Positions 28,926 to 40,206 of a stretch of 64,000 nt of DNA are shown here, in pieces. The DNA lies in assembly GCA_963789615.1 (NCBI GenBank), contig CAWBLI010000009.1:11892-75891 (forward strand), in the 5' to 3' direction. A program made the position numbers and the translations under genes. The stretch is from an uncultured Actinomycetota bacterium (GTDB lineage Bacteria; Actinomycetota; Actinomycetes; JAFAQI01). Within the stretch, counting starts at the first letter, position 1. The number at the start of each line of letters is the position of its first letter. The notes under the pieces were generated by a model. It saw nothing but the letters and a program-made list of their open reading frames with translations, made no database searches and was not told the DNA's origin.

Positions 28926-31900
28926 TCAGCCCGCCGGGCCTAACGGTCCGCTGGTCCCGTAAGCAATGTCGTCCAGTCGGAACGGCGCGAGCGCCGTTGT
29001 GGTGGCGATCACCGAACCGACCGACAGGATCCCGAAGCCAGCACCCGTGTTGACACCGCTGACGGTGTGGGACTCGATGGCCGTCGCGCTGTTCCCGGCG
29101 TACATGCTCACCGAGAGCGATCCGGCTGTCGTGGAGTTGACCAGCGTCCACTCGATGCGCACCCACCCGGACGGCACCGAGTTCGTGAATGTCAGCTGCC
29201 TGGTGTTGTTCGCATCGAACAGGGCCAGCTTGCCGGCCGTGGTCAAGTTGATCTGCACGTCTCGAGCACCCGCACTGGTCGCCGGCTTGGCGAGGACGAC
29301 CGTGTTCCCGGTCGTGCTCCCCAGGTTGATGTACATCCGGCCATAGCTGGTCGTCGTCGTGGGGATGGAGGACGACCCCCACTGGACGAAGCACGCGGAG
29401 GTGGACGGCGCAAACGCACCTGCCAGCGCGCCGTTGGCAGCGGCCGAGGAATACGTCGCAGTTCCTCCGGCGCACGAGACCGTACCGAACTTGTTTCCGG
29501 ACGTGCCACCGGAGTTCGCCGCGGTCAACGTTCCGCCGCTCGTGCCGCCTTCGAAGCTGTTCGACAGCAAGGGCGGGTTCGCGGGGCTGCCGGCAGGGGT
29601 GGAGACCTGGAGCGCATCCGATGCCGCACCTGGACCTGCCGAGTCGCTGGCGATGACCTGGTACCAGTATGTCTTGCTCGCGGTCACCGTGCTGTCGGTG
29701 TAGGAGTTCGCGGACAGGCCAGTCGCGATCGAGGAGAAGCCGCTGGAGGCACTGGTGGTGGACCGGTCGACCTCATAGGTCACCGAACTGTCACCCGCGG
29801 AGTTCCACGACAAGCCGACCGAGGTCGAGCTCGGCGTACCGGTGAGGCCGGTCACCTTGCCCGGAACTGTCGCTGCGGTCTGGGTCGTCGAGTAGCCACC
29901 CAGGCCACCGGCGCCCTTCGCAGCGACCCGGTAGTCATAGTTGGTCCCCGAGTTGGCCGACGTGTCCTGGTAGCTCGTGCCCGTCGTGGTGTTGTTGAGC
30001 ACGGTCCACGTCGAGGTGCCCGAAGGGGATCTCTCGACCTGGTACGTCGCCGCTCCAGCCGCGCTGTTCCAGGACAGGTCGATCTCGCTCGTAGAGACAC
30101 CGTGCGCCGTCAAGCCGGTCACAGCGGCCGGCAGGCTGGTGCCGGTGACCGAGTTGGACTGGGCTCCCGAGCCACCGCTGTCGCTTGGTACGACGGTGTA
30201 GTCCGCAGCCTGTCCGGCGGTGAGCCCGGTGACCTTGAACGATGTACCGGATGCCGGCCCCAGGTCGTTGGTCAGGTTGCCAGTTCCTGCCGCACCACTC
30301 CACACCTCGTACGATGTCGCGCCGGTTGAGGCCCCCCAGGCGCAGATCGACCTCAGTCGGACTGACAGCCGTGGCTGTCAGGACACCCGGCTGACCGGGG
30401 ACCGTGGTCACGGACGCGGTCGGCGACGGCGAGCTGTTACCACCCGCGTTCGTCGCGATGACCTGGTAGTCGTAGCTCTGACCCGGAGTCAGGCCACTGT
30501 CGTGGAAGGTCAGCGCCGTGACGTTGGACCCGACGGTGGAGAAGGTCCCCGACCCGTGCACGGCGCGCTGCACCTGGTACTTGGTCGCGCCTGCGACTGC
30601 AGCCCAGCTGACATCGGCGGTCGTCGACGAGGAGCTCGTGACGGTCGGTGTCGCCGGAGCCGCCGGCGGGGTCGGTCCGCTGCTCGTTCCGGATCCGACC
30701 TGGTAGTCGTTCAGGACCTGCGACGAGCTCAGTGCGTAGGAGTAGACGGCGACCTCATCGACGGAACCGTTGAAGTCGTTGCCGTTCCCCCAGCTGGTGT
30801 CGCCTCCCACGTGCCAGTAACCGTCGTAGCTCTGGTTCGTGGTGACGCCGTTGGAGGCGACCTGCGCGCCGTCAACGAACAGCTTCATGCCGCTGGAGTC
30901 CTGCGTGGCCACGACATAGTGCCACTGGCCGTTGTCGAGGTTCATCGAGGCGGGGGCGGTGACGATGTCCTCTTCGCCGTTCCAGACACCGAAGCTGAGC
31001 GAACCGTCACCGTTGAAGTAGATGTGTTTGTCGTAGTTGCTGCTTCCACTCGCAGAGCTGCTGTTTCCGAAGCCGATGATCTTTCCAGCCGGCGTGGTGG
31101 TCTTGAACCACGCCTCGATGCTGAACGTCGACGGAGACGGCAGTTCGGTGGTGCCGACCATGCGGCCGTCGTCCTGACCGTCCGTGGTCATGGCCGTGTC
31201 GGCCGGGGAGGTGCCGTCGTGAATCGCGCCTGCCACCCCCAACGTGTCGCCGGTGTTGTACGTCCCGCCGTTGCCGTTGCCGGACAGGTCGGTGGCCGTG
31301 GTCGAGCCGGATGGGTCGTCGAGGCGCCAGTACAGGTTGGGCGAGTTGGCGTTGATGGTCTTGGCGTACAGGTCCGTCGAACCGGGGGCAACCGGCAGCG
31401 AGTAGCCCGCTGCCGTGTACTGCGTCGCGATCGCACCTGGGGTGAGCGCGCTGTTGTAGACCGAGACGTCGTCGATGGCGCCCCCGAAGAACTCGCTCGC
31501 GGGCTGGCTGGGCCAGCTGTTGAGATTGTCGTCGCCGACCCGCCAGTACCCGACGAAGTTCTGGTTGGTGGTGACCGGGTTGCTGGCCACCTTCGCGCCG
31601 TCGACATACAACGCCATGCCGTTGGAGCCCTGCGTGCCGACAATCTGGTGCCACTGGCCGTCGTTGTAGGTGTGCGTGGACTCGGCGATGTCGGTGCCAC
31701 CGTTGTAGGTACCGAAGATCAGGTGGCCGTCATTGGTCATGTAGATCTGCTTGTCGTAGTTCGAGCTGTCACCGGTCTGCGCGTTGCCGAAGCCGATGAT
31801 CTTCCCGCCCGACGTCGAGGTCGTCTTGATCCACGCCTCTGCGGAGAACGTCGTCGGGCTGGGCTCGCTCGCCCCGGACGAGAAGTAACCGGTCGAGCCG

Positions 31901-33738
31901 TCGAACGTGGCGGCCGTGTCACCGTCGTTGGTGCCACCCGCCGTACCGAGGGTGACGCCTCCGGTGTAGCTGCCTCCCAGCAGGTTCGGCGACGAGTCGG
32001 CACCGATGGTGCCCTTGGCCTCGTCGAACCTCCAGTAGGCGGCCGGGTTGTCGGCCAGGACCTGGGCGGCGTATCCCGAGCTTCCGTTCCCGACGGTGAC
32101 CCTCGCGGAGGCAGGTGAGAGCACGCTTCCGCCGGTGCCGTTGGTCTCCAGGGCCTTCACGGTGTAGGTATGCGAGCCGCCAACGGTCAATCCGGTATCG
32201 GCCCACCCGACGACGGGCTGCTTCCAGAACAACGAGTTGACCGTGGTGCTGGCGATCGGCGTCGTCCCGCCGTCACGGAACAGCTGCAGCGTCAGGTCAG
32301 GGTCGTCGAGGTCGACAGGCGCCTGGGCGTAGACGTTGATCGATCCAGCTCCCGAGGCGACCGCGACAGGCTGGGCGGGCTGGGGAGTCGTGAAGTCGCT
32401 GGTCGAAGTGAATCGCGCGATGCCCTGCTGCCCGGTGTGGTTCATCGTGGTGAAGTCACCACCGACGTACAGCTGGGTGCCGTCGGTAGCCATCGCGCGC
32501 GGACCCAAGTTGGGTCCGGCGTTACTGAACGGGTACCAGGGGCCGAGGAAGCCGTTGCTCAACGACTCGGACAGCAGGTGCCGGGCCTGGTTCTCGGGCA
32601 CCTGGGGGTAGTTGCTCGGGTCACCGTTGGTGTTCTCGGACTGGCAGTCGTGGGCGTGCGAACCCTTGTACAGATAGTTCCCCACGACCTCGATCGTCTG
32701 GGTTGCTCCCAGGCAACGGTTCACCCACTTCAGTGATCCGTCGTTGAGGTTCGCCGACCAGGTGCCGTCGAAGCAGCCGCCACCGGTCCCCTCGTCGGCC
32801 AGGTAGACGGCTCCGCCGCTGATGACGACATCCTTGACGTTCGAGACGCACCCGGTGTTGTTTGCCGTCGTACCGACCGGCACCACGCTGTCTGCCGGCA
32901 TCGGCTCGAGGGCGCCCGGCGTAGCACTCGACACTCCGCCGATGATCGCTGCCTTGTTGTAGGGCGTCGTTCCGTCAGCAGACTGGGTCAACCCGTCCAC
33001 CTGGTCGAAGTAGCCGCCCACGACGACCTGCGTGTCGTCAGCTGTTGCATCCAGCGCGTCGACCGTGCCGTCGGTGCCCGGTTGAACCGCCGACCCCCAC
33101 GGGACCACCGCTCCCGTCGAGGCGCTCACCGCTGCGAGGTTCGCGCCGACCGCTGCGCCGCTGCCCACCTTGGTGAACGTTCCGCCCAGATAGACCGTGC
33201 TGCCGGCGGCCGCGATCGCGGACACCTTGCCGTTCACGTTCGGGTTCCAGGGCAGCAGCGCCCCGGTCGTCGCGCTGAAGGCGGCGACGTGGTTCCGCTT
33301 GGAGCCATCCACCGTCGTGAAGGCGCCCCCGACGTAGACCACCGAGCCGTCCGGGGACGCCGCGACCACTCCGCCGGTCAGCGGCAGGCTCCCTGCGGCC
33401 TGTCCGGTGAAGGTGTGGGTGTGAGCAACCGCGGTGTCCAACGCGCCGGTCGAGGCCTTCAACGCAGCAAAGTACGTCGCAGGCACCTCGCCGGTACCGG
33501 CCGCATCACCCGGCGGCCGCAGCGACGTGAAGTCGCCGACCATGAAGATGTCGCCCGAGGCGGAGGCGTAGGTCATCTTCCAGACCGTCGCGTTCGACTG
33601 CCACGACGAAGCCGCCGCGGCGCCGAGGCTCCCCGCCTCGATGGCCTGAGCGGCAGAACTGGATACGAGCTGCACAGCCGGCACTGCTACGGCGAGTGAG
33701 ATCAAGGCGGTGGCCGCTAGCGCGATCGGTCGACGCAT
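28926..33738 (-). CDS. ~1600-aa secreted protein: beta-propeller, 2x LamG, several FN3 repeats, C-terminal jelly-roll-like domain; frameshift near 30343
   Basis: Signal peptide; repeated VYVGG.FT blades; two AYWR.DE/D...FS.EAW.KTT...D.V.VY LamG units; FN3 W...Y.V.R...Y.D...Y.Y.V.A repeats continue in ORF 28926..30305. Confidence 0.85.
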
Positions 33739-33960
33739 TGTGTGTTGCTCCTCTTACAGAACATGATCGCGTGCCGGCGCAGCTGCGATCTCGTGGGCAC
33801 GAGTCGTCTCACTGAACCTTTCACACGCGAAGATCGTCCGGGCGAAAAGCCCTCAAGTCACCCGTTTGGGCTATCAACCTCCGACGCCGCCCGCAGTTGC
33901 CAGCGGTGGACACCGGCCTGAAGTCTCGACCTGAGCCGGAGATGGAGGCGAAGAAGACGA

Positions 33961-34371
33961 CTAGCGAGGCCGCTTGCCGGTTAGTGGAGAGCCGAATCGA
34001 ATCAGGTTTCCGTCGGGGTCGACATGCTGGCCCTCACGTTTGCCGTAGTCCTCGTCCCGGGGCCCGTCGACGCTCGCTCCGGCGGTGCGCCAGTCGGCGG
34101 CCAGCCGGTCCGCATCGTCGACGTGGATGTACAGGACGCTGGTCATGTGGTGCGCCGATTGATATCCGGGCCAGACCGCGGCGTCGTGAGCGAGGTGAAC
34201 GGTGAGCTGCCCGAGGCTCGCGAAGGCATAGCCCTCGTCGTGGTGCTCGATCCTGAATCCCAGTCGCTCGTAGTGTCCGACCGCTCGCGCGACGTCCGTC
34301 ACCCTGAACACGGGTTCGTGGCCGACGACCCGCACCGGGCCGACTGGCCGTTCGACCTGGAAATCGCTCAC
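33961..34371 (-). CDS. VOC/glyoxalase (bleomycin-resistance-like) protein
   Basis: PVFRVTDVARA..HY..LGF; YGKRE...DPDGNLIRFG. Confidence 0.88.
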   Translation of the reverse strand: MSDFQVERPVGPVRVVGHEPVFRVTDVARAVGHYERLGFRIEHHDEGYAFASLGQLTVHLAHDAAVWPGYQSAHHMTSVLYIHVDDADRLAADWRTAGASVDGPRDEDYGKREGQHVDPDGNLIRFGSPLTGKRPR

Positions 34372-34461
34372 CCGGCACACCGCCCTTCCCGACCACCGTA
34401 GACGTCCTCGACCGGCTCCGTCTGGCGTGTCGTCCGGCCGGGGCGGGGTGTCGCCGCCAGA

Positions 34462-35733
34462 GTGGTTCGGGTGCGTCGCGGCTCGTGGGGATCACCGTTC
34501 GGGTGGCTGTGGGCGGCGTTCACGGTCAGCGCCGTCGGCACCTGGTTGGCATTCGACGCATTCGCACTGGTCGCGATCTTGGCGCTGCACGCCCCGCCGG
34601 TCGAGGTCTCGGTGCTTGCCGCGGCCGGGCTTGCGGTCAGCGCCGCGGTCGCGGTTCCGCTCGGTCCCTGGGTAGAGCGTCGCCGGAAGCGTCGCGTGAT
34701 GATCGCGATGGACTGCCTGCGGTTCGTGGCCCTGGCCAGCATCCCAGTCGCCTATGTGCTGGGCCGGCTACGGTTCGGTCAGTTGCTCGTGGTCGCGATT
34801 GTGGTTGGCGCCGCCGACATCTGCTTCCGGGCGGCGAGCGGGGCGTGCCTCAAGGCGCTGGTGCCGCGGGAACAGCTGCTGACGGCGAATGCTCGGTTCG
34901 AGTCCACGAGCTGGACCGCGACGATGATCGGCCCCCCGCTAGGGGGTGCGCTGATCAGCATGTTCGGCCCGGTCGCCACCGTGATCGCCGATGCCGTCAG
35001 CTATCTGCTGTCCGCACTCGGGATCAGCGCAATCCCGGGGCAGGAGCCGGCTCCGGTGCATGTGGTGTCGGGTCATCGGCGCAGGAGTGAGGTGTTGGAA
35101 GGATGGCGATACCTCCTCGGGCACCCGCCACTGCGGGCGTTGCTCGCCAACACATCGCTGGTGAACGGGCTGATCCTGGCTCCGATGCCGCTGATCGCCG
35201 TCCTGATGCTGGGCCGGTTGCACATCGCACCGTGGCAGTACGGACTGGCGTTCGCTCTGCCGTGCATCGGCGGGCTCATGGGCGCCCGGCTGGCGCGGCG
35301 GCTGACTGCCCGGTATGGACAAAGCACCGTCCTGCGTCGCGCCGGAACGCTCCGCGCGTGCTGGTCGATCGGGCTCGCGTTCATCCCCGGCGGCTGGGCC
35401 GGAGTCGCCGTTGTCGCGCTGATCGAACTCGGGCTCATCACCAGCTGCGGGGTGTTCAACCCGGTGTCCGCCACCTACCGACTCGAACAGACCCCCACCG
35501 ATCGGCTCGCCCGCACCCTGGCAGCGTGGACGATCACCACCAAGGCGTCGGTCGCCGCACTCACCGCCCTGTGGGGCGTTCTGGCCAGCGTCGCGGGAGT
35601 GCGAATCGCGATCGGCCTCGCGGGGGTCCTGATGCTGGCGACCCCATTGTTGCTGCCCAAGCGCAGCCGCTTCGACGTTTACGCGGTGTCGGCGACGACG
35701 AACCCGCATTCGTACGCCAGCACCACTGCCTGA
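34462..35733 (+). CDS. MFS transporter
   Basis: About 12 TMs; WLWAA.TVS..G; G.WVERRRKRRVMIAMD motif A-like. Confidence 0.85.
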   Translation: MVRVRRGSWGSPFGWLWAAFTVSAVGTWLAFDAFALVAILALHAPPVEVSVLAAAGLAVSAAVAVPLGPWVERRRKRRVMIAMDCLRFVALASIPVAYVLGRLRFGQLLVVAIVVGAADICFRAASGACLKALVPREQLLTANARFESTSWTATMIGPPLGGALISMFGPVATVIADAVSYLLSALGISAIPGQEPAPVHVVSGHRRRSEVLEGWRYLLGHPPLRALLANTSLVNGLILAPMPLIAVLMLGRLHIAPWQYGLAFALPCIGGLMGARLARRLTARYGQSTVLRRAGTLRACWSIGLAFIPGGWAGVAVVALIELGLITSCGVFNPVSATYRLEQTPTDRLARTLAAWTITTKASVAALTALWGVLASVAGVRIAIGLAGVLMLATPLLLPKRSRFDVYAVSATTNPHSYASTTA

Positions 35734-36356
35734 ACCCGGTCACGCAGGCTGAGCTTCATGAGGATTCGAGCAACATGCGTCTTCACCGTTCCGGGTTCGA
35801 TGACGAGACGCTCGGCGATCTCGGCGTTGGACAGCCCTTGTGCCATCTGACGAAACACATCACGCTCGCGCGGTGTCAGCTGTGCGAGTTGCGGCGGCGA
35901 GTCCACGGTGGCGGGACGCGTGACCTGGACGAACTTCTGGATCAGTCGGCGGGTGATCGACGGGTCGATGAGCGCATCGCCGGCCGCGACGCTGCGCACC
36001 GCTGAGACCAGCTGCTCGCTCGGCGCATCCTTCAACAGGAACCCGCTCGCTCCGGCTTGCAGTGCGGCGTACACGTAGTCATCGGAATCGAACGTGGTGA
36101 GCATCAGCACCCGGCTGCTGGTTTCGGCAAGGACGATCCGCGCGGCCGCGAGCCCGTCCATGACCGGCATCCGGATGTCCATGAGTACGACGGACGGCGA
36201 GAGCTGCCTCGCCAGCTCGATGGCCTCGTTGCCATCACCGGCCTCGCCGACCACGGCAATGCCGAGCTCGGTTTCCAGGATCACGGCAAACCCAGCGCGA
36301 ACCAGGCGCTGGTCGTCGACGATGAGGACGGTGATGTTCTCGGATGGCTGTGTCAT
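35679..36356 (-). CDS. NarL/LuxR-family response regulator
   Basis: VDDQ, LMDIRMP, LTTFD, FLLKD, LuxR HTH. Confidence 0.95.
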   Translation of the reverse strand: MTQPSENITVLIVDDQRLVRAGFAVILETELGIAVVGEAGDGNEAIELARQLSPSVVLMDIRMPVMDGLAAARIVLAETSSRVLMLTTFDSDDYVYAALQAGASGFLLKDAPSEQLVSAVRSVAAGDALIDPSITRRLIQKFVQVTRPATVDSPPQLAQLTPRERDVFRQMAQGLSNAEIAERLVIEPGTVKTHVARILMKLSLRDRVQAVVLAYECGFVVADTA

Positions 36357-36369
36357 GACCGGGGCGCCA

Positions 36370-37533
36370 TCAGACCCACGTGTCGGATGCGCGAGCACCG
36401 ACGGCACGGCGAGGGATACGACCCGTCAGCTGCCAGCCACCGTCGGGCGTCGTACCCGCATCGCAGATCCCGCGGCACCGGCCAAGCCGTTCACGCATTC
36501 CCGCGAGGCCGTTGCCACCACCCGAGCGTTCCAGCCCCGACGGCGCGGCGCGGCCCGGTCCATTCGCCACTCGGATTTCGATGCCGTCGTCCCCCGCACT
36601 CACCGCGATGTCGATGGCCGCTCCCGGAGCGTGCTTAATCGCGTTGGTGATGCCCTCCTGGACCAGCCGGTAGGCAGCGTCCGCGCCGTCATCGGTGAGG
36701 TCGTCGATGTCGCCGCTCAGCTGGCACGATACGGCCAGCCCGGACGCTTGGGCCCGACGGACGAGTTCCTCGACGATCCGCAGACCGGCTGACGGAGTCG
36801 CCGTCCGAGAGTCTGTGAGGAGCTCGACGAGACGGTTGATCTCGTCGTCAGCCTGGTTGGCGGCGCCGCTGATGGAGGCGAAGGCCTGAGCAGCGCGTCG
36901 AGGATCGATCGCGACGAGCCGCTCCCCCGCATTCGCCTGCACCACCATCAGGCTCACGCAGTGGGCCACGATGTCGTGGAGCTCGCGCGCGATGCGCGCC
37001 CGCTCGTAGCGGACGGACTCGCGCGCGAACAGCTCACGTTCGGTCTCGAGCTCCGCGGCGCGACGTTCTAGCTCCTTGGACGCCCGCTCTCGCGATGCGA
37101 CCAGGACTCCGACGAGCCACGGGCCGATCGTCAGCATCTCGACGACCGGACTGAACGGCCTAACACTCAAGTTGGTGCTTGCGATAAGTGCGAGCAGGGC
37201 AACGCAGGACGCCGGTAGGGCAGCACGAGATCCGAGGGTGAACGAGTAGACGAGGGTGGCGATCCACAGAGACACGAAGGCCGCATTGTCATTGACGGCG
37301 GGGAGGCTATGGGTCAATCCCGGCAGTGCGATCAGGACGCTCGCAGCAAAGGTAGCTGTCACCGGCTTACGCTCGACCACGCCGACAAGGAGACAGAAGC
37401 CGAGGACGCACACTGACCCCGGCAACTCGCTCAGCTGCCCTTGAACTGCAAGGCTTCCGGCCGCCCAGACCGTGAGTACGACGGCGAGCATCAGTCCGGC
37501 TCGAGCGCGTAGATGTCGCCGGAGCTGTGCCAC
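36370..37533 (-). CDS. Membrane sensor histidine kinase (HisKA_3)
   Basis: ERARIARELHDIVAH, QEGITNAIKHA, GNGLAGMRER. Confidence 0.92.
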   Translation of the reverse strand: MAQLRRHLRARAGLMLAVVLTVWAAGSLAVQGQLSELPGSVCVLGFCLLVGVVERKPVTATFAASVLIALPGLTHSLPAVNDNAAFVSLWIATLVYSFTLGSRAALPASCVALLALIASTNLSVRPFSPVVEMLTIGPWLVGVLVASRERASKELERRAAELETERELFARESVRYERARIARELHDIVAHCVSLMVVQANAGERLVAIDPRRAAQAFASISGAANQADDEINRLVELLTDSRTATPSAGLRIVEELVRRAQASGLAVSCQLSGDIDDLTDDGADAAYRLVQEGITNAIKHAPGAAIDIAVSAGDDGIEIRVANGPGRAAPSGLERSGGGNGLAGMRERLGRCRGICDAGTTPDGGWQLTGRIPRRAVGARASDTWV

Positions 37534-37537
37534 TGGG

Positions 37538-38698
37538 CTACAAGCTGGCTGCAGCGAGCGGGAGGAGCACCACGGTCTCGCGGCGGCCGTCGCGGCTGGT
37601 CGATCGCAACGACCCGTCATGGACAGCAGCCCGTTGCGTCGCCGCGGCTAGCGCGCGCCGGGCATCACCGTTGCGAACGCTCGGCCCGACCACCTTCAAC
37701 TCGAGCGAGTCGGCACCGAACACGACCTCGACGTTCGCCTGCGAGCTCGGATCCCGCTCCAGCGTGAGCAGCAGGTGCTCGACGATTCGGTAGCCGGAGA
37801 GCTCAAGGCCCGGCGGCAACAGCCTGGAGTCACCCGTCACCTGTAGGTGGACGTCAGGCAGGCTGGATTCGCTCAAGAGCCGGTCGAGCTGGGCCAGCAC
37901 CGGCTGCGGCTCGGTCGGGGCATGGCCACGCAGGTCTCCGACAACCTCGCGCATATGCGTCAACGTTCGCCGGCCGGTGCCCTGGATCGACACGAACGCT
38001 TGTTGCGCCTCGCCTGGTCGCGACTCCAAAGTGCCACTCCCGCTCGCGGCGGTGTCGGCCATCTCGCCGATGCGGTCGTGGAGGAACGTGTCGAGGTCAT
38101 TGGCGATCTGCACACGGTCGGCCGCCACGGCGAGCTCGGCAAGCTGCTCTCGCTGCTCTCGCAGCTCCGACGTACGCGCTTGCAGGGTGGCGATTGCCCC
38201 GTTCCGAGCGCGAACGAGGCGGCCGAGGCCCATGAAGATCGCCGCGACCGGCACCATGATCACCGCGACCGCCGGGCTGCCGAGTTTCGGATCCGAGGCA
38301 CCTTGGCACACGATGCTCACGGTGAGCAGACTCAGGCCAAGAACGGTCCGGCGGCGCTCACAGCGGCTTCCGATCATGAACGCGGTGTAGAACACCGCAG
38401 GCAACGTGGCGCCGCAGCGGACCAGATCTCCGATCAGCAGCCAGTTCACGCCGGCACCGATCGCGAGTGCACCGGCCGCGATCAGCGGCCGGCGACGGGC
38501 GACGACAACCGGCAGTGTCATCAGCAGCACCGCCAACGCTGCTGTCCAGCCACCGTCGAGGTGCTTGGAGTTGTGGCCGGTCACCAGACAGACGGCATAG
38601 ATGCTGAGCAGGCTGGCGACCGCGACGTCGGCCAAGCCAACGTCACTGATGCCGAAGACTGGACCGAGGAGCCATCTCGTCGATGCGCGTCGCCTCAT
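37538..38698 (-). CDS. Degenerate HisKA_3-like sensor (pseudokinase)
   Basis: Same architecture as its neighbour, but the H-box reads DRVQIANDLDT, the N-box YRIVEHLL, and the G-box is lost. Confidence 0.75.
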   Translation of the reverse strand: MRRRASTRWLLGPVFGISDVGLADVAVASLLSIYAVCLVTGHNSKHLDGGWTAALAVLLMTLPVVVARRRPLIAAGALAIGAGVNWLLIGDLVRCGATLPAVFYTAFMIGSRCERRRTVLGLSLLTVSIVCQGASDPKLGSPAVAVIMVPVAAIFMGLGRLVRARNGAIATLQARTSELREQREQLAELAVAADRVQIANDLDTFLHDRIGEMADTAASGSGTLESRPGEAQQAFVSIQGTGRRTLTHMREVVGDLRGHAPTEPQPVLAQLDRLLSESSLPDVHLQVTGDSRLLPPGLELSGYRIVEHLLLTLERDPSSQANVEVVFGADSLELKVVGPSVRNGDARRALAAATQRAAVHDGSLRSTSRDGRRETVVLLPLAAASL

Positions 38699-38926
38699 GC
38701 TGATCTCCCGGAGTTGAGGAAAGTCTGTCGCGGTTCGGGCGTCGCGGCAACGGATGCCGGCGACCCGCGAGCAGTCTTCATCCCTGAACCGACCGGGTCG
38801 TCTGCCGCCAGGGGGATCTTTCCGACGCACATGATCTCTCTCGCGGGAGACGACGGCGCTCTGTCCGATCCATAACGTCGGCCCCGGCCACCAGGGCCAT
38901 CGCATTCACCGCAGAGGGAGACAGTC

Positions 38927-39379
38927 ATGAAGCTACGTACGTCCGCCGCTCTGATCAGCACCGTCGCATTGGTCGGCGCGGGAGCGTCCTTGCTGCCCGC
39001 CGCTGCAAGCCCAAGTCACCGGGCTCACAAGCTCTCGTTCACGTCCGTCACCGAGAAGAGCGTGATGTTCAGCAAGGGCAGTGGCGCCGAGTCGGATAAG
39101 GATCTGAACAAGAAGGGAAAGATCATTGGCTTCGGTGCCCTGTCGTACAAGGTGGGTCAGACCGGCGGCACCGGCAGGATCGCGCTCGACCTCGCCGGTG
39201 GATTCATGTACGGGAAACTGACCATCAGTGCCAGTCCGGTGACGCACGGCACCCTTACCGGAGGAACCGGGAAGTACAAGGGCATCACCGGCAAGATCTC
39301 CGCCACCAACCTCAACCAGGCCGGGACCAGGACCGCCGTCACCATCACGTACCACCTGAAGGGGAGCGCTACGCGCTAG
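38927..39379 (+). CDS. Secreted beta-barrel protein (dirigent/allene-oxide-cyclase-like)
   Basis: Signal peptide; LTGGTGKYKGITG motif. Confidence 0.7.
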   Translation: MKLRTSAALISTVALVGAGASLLPAAASPSHRAHKLSFTSVTEKSVMFSKGSGAESDKDLNKKGKIIGFGALSYKVGQTGGTGRIALDLAGGFMYGKLTISASPVTHGTLTGGTGKYKGITGKISATNLNQAGTRTAVTITYHLKGSATR

Positions 39380-39402
39380 CCGAATCCACTGGCGGCTAGC
39401 GC
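39373..39402 (+). terminator. GC-rich hairpin GCGCTAGCCG-N10-CGGCTAGCGC
   Basis: Perfect 10-bp inverted repeat at the stop codon; no U-tract. Confidence 0.5.
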
Positions 39403-39710
39403 ACCCACATCTGGTCCAACAGCACACCAATCACGGGGCTCCGCTCGTAGTTGTGCACCCGGCGCGAGCCACGTCGACCCACGTCGGGTTGACGATCGGG
39501 ACGAACGGTGCCGGCAACGGATCAGGTCGTCCGCACATCTCCCGGCTCGCCCGCCCCACTCGCCCACCCGGCGACATGCCGCAAGTATGACGCCCCAGCG
39601 GCACCTGTCAGGGCCGCAGCGGGCCAGAGCGGGCGCCGCGTAGCGCTGAGTGCGAAGACGGCATTGATCGTGGTCTTGAATCTGGGCATCGGAAAAGGTT
39701 CTATTTCGAC

Positions 39711-40154
39711 ATGGCGAAGACCTATGACGCGACGACCGCGGTCGATATCGAGGCCCCCGTCGAGGTCGTCTGGAAAGTGCTGACCGACCCGGACCTGATC
39801 GCGCAGTACATGCATGGGACGCGCACGGTCACGGATTGGAAGGTCGGCAGCCCCATTGTGTGGCGCGGTGAGTGGCAGGGACGCGAGTACGAGGACAAGG
39901 GAGAGGTCTTGGCGTTCGAGCCCGACCGGCGGCTTGCAACAACGCACTGGAGCCCCCTGACCGGAGACGCTGACAGTCCCGAGAACTACCACCACGTGAC
40001 CTATGAGCTGACTCGGATCGACGGGGGGCAGACCCGCCTGACTCTCACGCATGGCAACAGCCCGGACCTAGCGTCCGCCGAGGCCATGATCGAGAACGGT
40101 TGGAAGCCCACGCTCGAGTCACTCAAAGGGATCGCCGAACAGCTTCAGCAGTAG
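39711..40154 (+). CDS. SRPBCC/AHSA1-like protein
   Basis: IEAPVEVVWKVLTDP...GEVLAFEP...GW...LESLK. Confidence 0.88.
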   Translation: MAKTYDATTAVDIEAPVEVVWKVLTDPDLIAQYMHGTRTVTDWKVGSPIVWRGEWQGREYEDKGEVLAFEPDRRLATTHWSPLTGDADSPENYHHVTYELTRIDGGQTRLTLTHGNSPDLASAEAMIENGWKPTLESLKGIAEQLQQ

Positions 40155-40206
40155 GCGGCTGGCTCACCACATTGTGCTTGTTGATCGCCGAGCCTTCGCG
40201 CGGTCA

